A DNA stretch of 63,843 nucleotides, the filler included, from Lenisia limosa (lineage: Eukaryota; Protista; Breviatea): assembly GCA_001655205.1 (NCBI GenBank). It is 13 parts of 13 records of this genome, joined end to end, with 100 filler letters (N's around TTAATTAATTAA, not from the genome) between each part and the next. Parts side by side here need not be neighbours in the genome. Positions count along the whole stretch, not along the records: positions 4,288 to 15,142 come from LPNZ01007506.1; positions 15,243 to 22,821 come from LPNZ01010130.1; 11 more parts are not named here. One strand, written 5' to 3'. Shown piece by piece: positions 12,901-22,100 of the stretch. Below the pieces are notes generated by a model. The model did no database searches. It had not been told where the DNA came from and saw nothing but the letters and a program-made list of their open reading frames with translations. Each line of letters opens with the position of its first letter. The stretch's first letter is position 1. The position numbers and the translations under genes were made by a program.

Positions 12901-14060
12901 GATTTGCTTTCTTCATATCCTACATTTCAGTCTCGGTGAATCCCGACATGGAGTTCATCACTCCGCATTGCACAACCAACTTTCACGCCACTGTAAATGT
13001 GAGTTCCGGCCTTTAAAACTCTAAAAACGCCACAATGGCTTCGTTTTCGAGACATTTTGGCGTATTTGGGTCCAAAATGAGCCCGGCCCTGGTCGCTTCT
13101 GAGATCAGTCTTCCTAGTTGTTCCCTCACCCCTTAGGCGAACCCCTTTGTTGATCAAATATCTATGGGCTCTCAGGTCCGTGCTACGACTCTGCGAACNN
13201 NNNNNNNNNNNNNNNNNNNNNNNNNNNNNNNNNNNNNNNNNNNNNNNNNNNNNNNNNNNNNNNNNNNNNNNNNNNNNNNNNNNNNNNNNNNNNNNNNNNN
13301 NNNNNNNNNNNNNNNNNNNNNNNNNNNNNNNNNNNNCCTGTTGACAATAACTTGGAACTGCTAAGAAGCAAGTCTACTTTTGAACACACTGACAGTACAA
13401 GTTAGCTCCAGTCACTACCCAGGTTATTCTTTCTTTTGGAGATGGTGTTAACCCGGGTACACACGTGGCCATTCTACACGGCACGCACTGCGCCACCATG
13501 TCCGATAACACCGAATGCACACTCCTGTCCGGTTGTGCGTGGTGCAATTCAACTTGTGAGGGGAGGGTCAAAGGGCGTATTATTGCGTTTGCCGTTGGAG
13601 TGTGGAATCACATTTTCTTCTTTTCTCTCGTAACCTCCCCCCCCCCCCNNNNNNNNNNNNNNNNNNNNNNNNNNNNNNNNNNNNNNNNNNNNNNNNNNNN
13701 NNNNNNNNNNNNNNNNNNNNNNNNNNNNNNNNNNNNNNNNNNNNNNNNNNNNNNNNNNNNNNNNNNNNNNNNNNNNNNNNNNNNNNCTGCGATGTGATTG
13801 TGTTTTGACAACCGAGACTTTATCGATAGCACTCCTTTAGAGAGCAGTTTATCTTGGCATAAACATAGTATCATACATAGATATATAACATATTAGCAAT
13901 AGTTATATTGCGGAAGAGCACTTGTCTCCCCCCCCCCCCCTTGCTAAGGTATCGATATCATTTCCAGATTGTGTCGTCGCAGCGTTGCCTGTCACCTTGC
14001 TCAGCGTTCCGCTCCCTCAGCTCCTGTCTGGAGGCTGGGTGCGGGTGGTGCGGAACTGAA
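9946..14060 (+). CDS. Attractin/MEGF8-like protein (CUB - EGF - kelch - PSI), partial
   Basis: CUB-like ENYVSNLYCQWLIEA and SDVGLEYTGFELDY; EGF-like NCESSCKFGFCADNSTCVCSDGFSGHNCD; kelch-like PPRDYTASAVLGTNFYVYGG and KGCLYVHGG; PSI-like CTLLSGCAWCNSTC and SCLEAGCGWC. Confidence 0.72.
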
Positions 14061-15284
14061 AGTGGGGGGGGGGGTAATTGAGATTCTATCTATTTTGTTA
14101 GTTTCAAAATTAACTGCACAGGGTCCAAACAAACTCACTTCATAGCATTTTATTGTCTGCATATCACTGATCGTTCACCCACACCCAAAATAGCAACGTA
14201 AACCACGTACAAAACTGTTGTATTGATATGGAAACGGTTGTTTAGAAGAGCGGAGAACATCCTCAGCCCTTCATGCGACGTGCGGCCAATGTCCCAGTCG
14301 AGCTCCAGGCTATAACTTGCCGGTCTGCGTACTGCTGGCGTCTGATTTGCCTTGGCCGAAGGCCAAATGAACTGATCCATCAGAACGTTCCTGTAGAAAC
14401 ACTGAAGTGAAATGTGCCAAGAATAATAAGAACAGACAAGAACAGCAATTCAAGCAAATTAAGACAGAGGATGAAACTCACCGAGTATGGTCGTCACAAT
14501 GGTCGTGCTCCGTTCGCTCACTAATTGCCTGTGTTTGCTATCAATAAGAATAAACACTCATATCACCCACTTGTCGTGTCCTTTGATGGCGGTCTGCACC
14601 CCTAGTAATGTCTCACGCACGACCCGAGACAGAGGAGGCCAACTTTGGATGTAGAGAACTATTTTGTAAGTTTATATATTGCATGTAGTCAGCAACGTGC
14701 CTAAGCCACCAGTTCTTCTTAAGCCTACCTCAGAAGAAAGCCAAAAAGTCCAACAGACTTTTCTCTGTAATGTTTGAAGCCACCCTCGTACATACCAATT
14801 CCAGACCCTTAGTTGGAGACCCCAAAAATGAGAAGGAGATAGCCTGGTTAGTGAAGAACACCACGCTGAAGGAACCCTAGCTTCCCAGGCTCCACTCCTG
14901 GGATGAGGAGATCAGTGCGAGGCCACCTTCGCATGACAAGGTAGTTCTAATGACAGTCAAATACTATCACGAACAATTGAGGTAGCTCGAAGGGTCTCCA
15001 CCGAGGGGGTAGAGGTTGGCGTCATCCATGTCCTCGGGGCAGAGAAGTACAAATGTCGACCACATTTATAGTGGGATTGTCTCATGGACAGTGAAATGTT
15101 GGGTCCGCTGGTGGGAAAAGAGTATAGGTGACCATACATAACNNNNNNNNNNNNNNNNNNNNNNNNNNNNNNNNNNNNNNNNNNNNTTAATTAATTAANN
15201 NNNNNNNNNNNNNNNNNNNNNNNNNNNNNNNNNNNNNNNNNNCCATCAGTTCATTACAATGATTGAAGTTTGAGATCAAGAAAA

Positions 15285-15525
15285 TACACGCTTATAGGAG
15301 ATATTGGATTATAGTATAATACTAATTCACTCAATCATTTGCCTAACAACTCTGTGCACCTCCACAGTATACACATCGGAGTTCATAAACAGTGACCATG
15401 TGGTGAGTCTTGACCGATTGAATCAGATTTCATCTCACACAGTGAAGTCTTCAGAGTAACATTGGTATTATACTGGAGTGAATATAATTCAATATCTCTT
15501 AAGCGTGATGGTGTGGACGGCTACG
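15285..15525. repeat. Two family D copies in inverted orientation with a family E fragment between them
   Basis: Forward CACGCTTATAGGAGATATTGGATTATAG...CAATCATTTGCC near 15285; reverse TCAATATCTCTTAAGCGTGATGGTGTGGACGGC near 15490; CAGTGACC...TTGACCGATT near 15390. Confidence 0.7.
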
Positions 15526-16066
15526 TCAAGATACAACCTATTTATTCCTCATTCTGGAGTGAACATTTAGTTAGAGAAGATCCACCCCCCCCCCCCNNNN
15601 NNNNNNNNNNNNNNNNNNNNNNNNNNNNNNNNNNNNNNNNNNNNNNNNNNNNNNNNNNNNNNNNNNNNNNNNNNNNNNNNNNNNNNNNNNNNNNNNNNNN
15701 NNNNNNNNNNNNNNNNNNNNNNNNNNNNNNNNNNNNNNNNNNNNNNNNNNNNNNNNNNNNNNNNNNNNNNNNNNNNNNNNNNNNNNNNNNNNNNNNNNNN
15801 NNNNNNNNNNNNNNNNNNNACATTCTCTTGAAAAGGCACAGTGCTGTTGACTGGGGGGTGGGGTAAACAAAGGACGTTTAGATGAATAATATTGGCTTAA
15901 AGGTATGTAAAAAGACGACAAGGGCGGGCGGTGGTTCAAAGATGGTCAGGAGGGGTAAACAGATGGTTACCAAAGGAAGCCTGGTAAATGAAGATTTACT
16001 TTATAGATAAAGATACGTGAGTTTGTCAAAGAAGTGATAAGATATAATAGTATAAATGCGTAGTTG

Positions 16067-16200
16067 ACTGGGGTGTGGGGAGTAAAATTGGAAAATTTAT
16101 GAAAAAAAAAGCCCAAATAAACTCTTTAGCCCAAAATCAACTCTACTAGTTAACAACCATCGAGGACTGAAAACAACAAAACAAAAGCATCCCATCACTT
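16067..16200 (-). repeat. Family B element
   Basis: GTGATGGGATGC...AGAGTTGATTTTGGGCT...TTTTCCAATTTTACTCCCCACACCCCAG on the minus strand. Confidence 0.78.
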
Positions 16201-16252
16201 GCGTATGATTTCAATATGGTACAGTAATGTCTTGCTGATATCATGTCATCGG

Positions 16253-16352
16253 TAGGGCTTCACTTCGGTTCAAAAAAGAACGGTAAAATATCGATGGTTT
16301 TCGGCGATTTATCGATACATTCAGTCTTTTTTTGAACCGAAGTGAAGACCGA
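16253..16352. mobile_element. Family A hAT-type MITE
   Basis: TAGGGCTTCACTTCGGTTCAAAAAAGA...TCTTTTTTTGAACCGAAGTGAAGACCGA; both flanks begin GTCA. Confidence 0.88.
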
Positions 16353-16548
16353 GTCACTCCTCTAGCTGTGAATATTTATTTTCCCCACTGATGCAAAATA
16401 CATGCTTGTGGGGGTTCATCATGGTTCAATGTAGTGTCACCCCCCTTATCCCAGGAGGATGGGTTGGGGTTTGCGCATCAGTACCAGTATATCATTTATT
16501 CACATTGTGATAAGCGTTCAAAAACTGCTGATTCAGAACACCACTAAC

Positions 16549-16999
16549 CTTCACTGTCGTGCTGAACTCAAACGAATTGCATGCCTCCACCAGTTTATGC
16601 AGGTAGAAGAGAAGCAGGTGGTTTTCCTCTTCCAGTTCCAATGGCGCAACCTCAACGTCTAACGGTAATGTGTAGACGGGTTCTGCGGTTGCAGCTTTAG
16701 GATCTGGGAAATATAAGCGTCCTATCGCCAAAGCACACTGTAGCATCCATCATTCGTCATAGAAGGCCTAAGAAGAGCTTACCAAAGGCTGGAGTTGGAG
16801 CAGGGATTGGAGATCCATCTCCAGTTACTCTCTTTTTGGGAGTTGAAGATGGGGTTTCCGGTGAATCAAGTGGTCTTTTCCCAGTATCTGTGAAAACTCG
16901 CCTTGAAAATGCTCTGTGCCACGCTGCTCTCCGCTTTTCGGCTATTTCCTCGGCCGTAAAGCTCCAGTTTTCATACTGCTTTGAATCAAAGTAGGCCAT
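16549..16999 (-). CDS. CCNH: Cyclin H-like, N-terminal exons only
   Basis: MAYFDSKQYENWSFTAEEIAEKRRAA and LELEEENHLLLFYLHKLVEACNSFEFSTTVK match the cyclin H/Ccl1 N-terminus (SxQxxxWxF; LxxEEExxL..Y). The following TAxxYFKRF exon was not found. Confidence 0.65.
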
Positions 17000-17212
17000 A
17001 GTCAAAGAAAAGGGAACAGTGAAAAATTTTCAGGATATAAAATAAAACAGGTAGGGGACACATCGTTTGATGGGATGTAGAGGTAAGGATGTGTTGCGGA
17101 TTTAAGTTGTTAATTGTTTTGTATTTTTTCTACCAACCACATATGATGTTTGGAATATTTCAAACCACAAAAGTTATTCAAGAGAAGGTTCTATTGAATC
17201 GAGAGAAAAGAT

Positions 17213-18828
17213 CTACTCGTCATCCTCCTCAGCGGCATCACCCTTGTTGGCCTTGTTGCGAGCAACACGACGGGCAACACGTCCGGGGCGGCCGGCAGCG
17301 AAGGGAGAGCTGGAGGCGTAGTCGATGTGCTAAAGGAATATTAGAGGAAATCAAAAAGTTCTGGATTGGGGGGGAGGGAAGTGAAGTGATCAGACAGTAT
17401 CTGGCTTAGATGAGGTAAACACCATCGTAACAATGAATACCCTCCCGAAAGTAATCTTGGTCGTCATACGGGGAAAGAATGTACATCATATCACATTGAT
17501 CCAATAGAGATGAAAGAATGCAAACCTTCTCGGAGTCGGTGTGGACGAGGAAGCTAGGGACAGTCACGAGCTGCTTGCCGACGCTGGAATATGAGATGTT
17601 GCCAAGAACACATAGAGGAGATGGAAGGTGAATGATCAGACAAAATCTGGCTTAGATGAGGTAAACACCATCGTAACAATGAATACCCTCCCGAAAGTAA
17701 TCTTGGTCGTCATACGGGGAAAGAATGTACATCATCTCATAAACATGTTGGGAAATAGAGAGCCCTCGTACCGGATATGACGCTGGCGGATGAGAACACG
17801 AGCGTGATGGATGGACTTAGCGTGGCCCTTCTTCTTGACGATAGTCTGAAGACGACGGTTCAGGAGATCCTCAATCTTGATGGAGAGGATGGAATCGAGA
17901 GAAAGGTCATCTTCGGAAAGGATGCCGAGACGAACGCAGCGACGGATGAGGGCGGTACCTTCGAAAACGCGGCGAGAGTCCTAGCAGAGTCAAGAAAAGC
18001 AACAAAAGAATTGTTTTTAAAAATGAATGGCGAATGATCAGACAAAATCTGGCTTAGATGAGGTAAACACCATCGTAACAATGAATACCCGCCCGAAAGT
18101 AATCTTGGTCGTCATACGGGGAAAGAATGTACATCATCTCATAAACATGTTCTAAAATAGCAAATACAACCGAACAAACCTTAGGCTCAAGGGTGAGGAG
18201 CTCACGAGCAGCCTTACGGAGCTTGGCGAGGGCAAGACGGCAGCGCCAGACTTCCTTCTTGCAGCGGAGACCGAACTCACCTGGAAAAGTTAGACTGGTC
18301 AAGAGAAGACATTAAAGAAATAAAAAAATGACAAAAAAATCGAGAAGATCATCACGCGCTTACCGAGGAGTTTCATCTCTTCGTCGAGGCGAGCCTTCTC
18401 GAAAGGACGCTTGGGAGTCTTGTAGGTCTTAGAGCCTGTGAAAAGGTAAAACCTAGACCCACGACAATCAAGCTTTAGCCACCATGCCAAGGAAACTTTC
18501 ACAACCACAACTCTCAAGGGGCCTAGGCTTGAGGGCAGTCAGAAATCCAAGAGGGAACTGCAGACATGAAAGTCTTTCAGGAAGTGTCGTTGGTTTCCCA
18601 TTAGATGCGTTACAAACAGCAACATTGCCGCAAAGAGTGCACCTCGTGAGAGGGAGAGCGATGAGGGTTAATGTGTTCATAAAAATCCATTCGTATCTCG
18701 AGGACCGCAGCAAAACTTCACCAGAACAAAGAGGGAATAAAACACATGAAGCCAGTTGGGTGACCGGCATTGACAAATACACACAAAAAAAAGTAGGAGA
18801 GTCTAGGTGTACAGTTAACACGAACCAT
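17213..18828 (-). CDS. RPS9: 40S ribosomal protein S9 (uS4), 6 exons
   Basis: MVRVN|[24 protein letters not shown]|[13 protein letters not shown]...LLTLEPK|[14 protein letters not shown]...RRLQT...[13 protein letters not shown]|[20 protein letters not shown]|[10 protein letters not shown]...EEDDE*. Confidence 0.97.
17388..17492 (-). ncRNA. Box C/D snoRNA, snR190/SNORD12-like guide, copy in RPS9 intron 5
   Basis: C-like box ATGATGT, D box CTGA (17390-17393), guide TTCTTTCCCCG directly upstream of D'-like ATGA, complementary to LSU rRNA CGGGGAAAGAA. Confidence 0.82.
17633..17740 (-). ncRNA. Box C/D snoRNA, snR190/SNORD12-like guide, copy in RPS9 intron 4
   Basis: Near-identical to the other two copies; D box 17636-17639, C-like box 17729-17735. 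Confidence 0.85.
18035..18142 (-). ncRNA. Box C/D snoRNA, snR190/SNORD12-like guide, copy in RPS9 intron 3
   Basis: One substitution relative to the intron 4 copy; D box 18038-18041, C-like box 18131-18137. Confidence 0.85.
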
Positions 18829-19165
18829 CTTGACGATAAAAAGGATTAGCAAGAAACAAAAATCCAATAAAAAGCAAATTGGGTATACACAGTTCAGTTC
18901 ATTTCAGTTTATTACGAAATTAAAATGTTTACGTAATCATCTTGTAGACTTATCTACCGCTTAAGTTTAGAACTTTTTTGAAGATATTAAAGGAAATATT
19001 AAGCAGAAGAAGAATTAAAATATGATTCCATTAAGTTTGGCCACCATTTAGCACAAACTGGTATTCTACAGATATCAGTCAATATTCGAAATTAATTGCT
19101 TTTAAGGAATTTTTTTCTCGAGGAGAATCGTTCGAATTGACTTCTCTCTGGTTTTTAATATCATC
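18829..19165. promoter_or_regulatory. Probable shared divergent promoter region RPS9 / PHB2
   Basis: 337 bp of AT-rich DNA between head-to-head start codons at 18828 (-) and 19166 (+). No specific motif identified. Confidence 0.5.
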
Positions 19166-22100
19166 ATGAATCAGTTTAAGAATGCAATGACAAGGGTAGA
19201 AGTCCCAAAGAGGGCTATTGGGGCTGGGTTGACCTTACTAATTGGAGGAGGACTCATTGCAGCTGGTATTAGTGCCTCAATTTACAATGGTAGGTCAAGA
19301 TTGCAGGTTAGCTGACGGTTGCAGTCGAAGGTGGTCATCGTGCCTTGAAATTCAACAGAATTGGTGGACTTAGGAATAAGATTTATGGAGAAGGTACTCA
19401 TTTCAGGCTTCCTGGCATGGAATGGCCAATCATCTTTGATGTTCGGTATGTAATCCTGTTTTGTGTAGCACCACTCACCTTTCCAGCTCAAAACCCCGCG
19501 CTATCACCTCAGTGACCGGATCAAAGGGTCAGTGTCACGATGGCGTTTCATATCTGACATTTGTAGATCTTCAAATGGTGAACCTTACTCTTCGAGTTCT
19601 CGCCAAGCCCAACACCTCAAAGCTTCCAGAAATCTACCGTCGTCTTGGATCGAATTGGGACGACCGTATTCTGCCTTCCGTGTGCCATGAGGTCATGAAG
19701 GCTACTGTGGTAGGTTGGGAATGTCTTTTATTTTTTGAATAGAGAAATTATTATATGTTAAAGAGGAAGATCGATGGGGGCTTGGAGGAGATCATCTGTG
19801 GGACATTATTGCAGATAACGATCTATGCGATATGTTGAGTGAGATAATCTTTTTAATTTTGAGAAGAGAGCTACAAGGGATATGTTGAAGATGATCAGTG
19901 GGATGGTTATTGAGAATAGAGCATCTGTGGATACTTTTAAAAATTATGATGATATGAGGAATGGAGTATCGGTGGATTTTTTGAGGGGATATACATATAT
20001 TCAAAATCTTGGGAAACAAGCGAGTTTTCATAGGGAAATGAGGAAGAAGATCATTTGGGGAATGAGATGAATTGAGCATCAATGATATGTTCTTCTTTTT
20101 TAGACCCAAATAATCGAACATCGTATTATCTGTGAAGTACTCTTTGGAGAATATATATATCGATATAGCTATATATATATATATAGTATATTTTATATAT
20201 ATACTAGCTATATTACTCTTGCTTTCAAAAATAAAGATCAGAAAAGAGTAGTTGACAACCAACAGAGTTTGGGCTTTTTTTTTTTTAATAACTATCCAAT
20301 TTTACTCTCCCAGGCTCAATACAATGCTGCCCAACTGATCATGAACCGTGCTGAGGTGTCACGCGCGATCCGCCGCCGTGTTATTTCAAGATGCATGGAG
20401 TTCGACATTGTCCTCGATGATGTTGCTATTGTAAGGGGGGGGGGGTGATGTTGCTATTGTATTGNNNNNNNNNNNNNNNNNNNNNNNNNNNNNNNNNNNN
20501 NNNNNNNNNNNNNNNNNNNNNNNNNNNNNNNNNNNNNNNNNNNNNNNNNNNNNNNNNNNNNNNNNNNNNNNNNNNNNNNNNNNNNNNNNNNNNNNNNNNN
20601 NNNNNNNNNNNNNNNNNNNNNNNNNNNNNNNNNTAATACAGCATCATTCACGCCACCCCCCTATCACATAAAATAGCGTCAGCATCATCCCTTACAAGGT
20701 ATTATTAGGATGATGATTGTATTGTATTATTAGAAAAGGATGATGATTGTGCTCTATTATTATGAGAGGATGAAAAGATGATGATGGTGTTATTATGAGA
20801 GGATGATGCTGTATTATTATTTGTGATGATTGTGCTGTATTATTATGAGAGGATGATGATTGTGCTGTATTATTATGAGAGGATGTCGCTATTGTAAGGG
20901 GGGGGGGGNNNNNNNNNNNNNNNNNNNNNNNNNNNNNNNNNNNNNNNNNNNNNNNNNNNNNNNNNNNNNNNNNNNNNNNNNNNNNNNNNNNNNNNNNNNN
21001 NNNNNNNNNNNNNNNNNNNNNNNNNNNNNNNNNNTTCTCCCACCAATACTCCGCTGCTGTGGAAGCCAAACAAGTCGGTATGTCGGGTATTTTTTTTTTG
21101 AGGGATTCTGTTAAGGGATCTGCTTCAAAAAAAAAAATGAAAAATGAAAAAAAAACAACAAAGTGTCGATATTCATTGGGGATGCCCACCTTTGGGCTTC
21201 ACTTCGATCCGAAAAAGGCTGGGAAAATATCGATAGCTTTTGACGATTTATCGAGAAATTCAGTTTTTCGAATCGAAGTGAAGCTCTACCCCACCCCCAT
21301 GGTTTTTCGCTGGCGTGATGAGATGCGGTGGTAGAAGCGACTGACCTGGGCTTTGTTGTTGTTATCAACCCTTGAGTCAACAGAGTTGATTTTGGGCTTT
21401 TTTGTTTCACAAACTTCCCTCCCCCCCTTTGATGAGATTTTTTTTCCCCCATATTTTTTTCATATTTACCCTTTTTGTTTTTTTTTTGTCATATTCACCC
21501 TTTTTTTGTTTTATTTTCATATTCATCCATTCACATTTATTTTTACATTTTCATTTTTTTTTACAGATTCTCACCTCCACAGCCCTTCAAGAAGCCGAGC
21601 GTGCTCGTTACCTTGTCGAGAGAGTAGGCGAACTTCTTTTCTTCCGTTTTCCTTTCTTTGCGTTTCCATTCCTTCTTTTCCTTTCTTTCTTTTCCTTTCT
21701 TTTCCTTTCTTTTCCTTTCTTTTCCTTTCTTTTCCTTTCTTTTCCTTTCTTTTCTTTCGTTTTTTTTGCCTTTTTGTTTCATAAACTTCTATGACAATAT
21801 CTTTTATATAGTATATTTCCATTACACCCTNNNNNNNNNNNNNNNNNNNNNNNNNNNNNNNNNNNNNNNNNNNNNNNNNNNNNNNNNNNNNNNNNNNNNN
21901 NNNNNNNNNNNNNNNNNNAAGCGTTCTTTCATTGTCAAGGCTCTTGGAGAAGCCAAGGCCGCCAAAATGATTGCTGAGGCTGTTGAGGGCAACCCTGGGT
22001 TCATTGCTTTGAGAAAGGTTGGCTTTTTTTACCATTATTTATAGTTAGGGGGGGGGGTATTGCTTTGAGAAAGGCAGGATGAAGAAGAGTGGGATATCTG

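Noticed and set aside
20692-20881. Regularly spaced repeats as a possible CRISPR-like array
   Set aside because: Units are contiguous with no unique spacers, the context is a eukaryotic intron, and no cas genes are present.
21353-22044. Long Phe-rich and Lys/Arg-rich ORFs
   Set aside because: Translation of T-rich PHB2 intron and (TTTCCTTTCT)n microsatellite.
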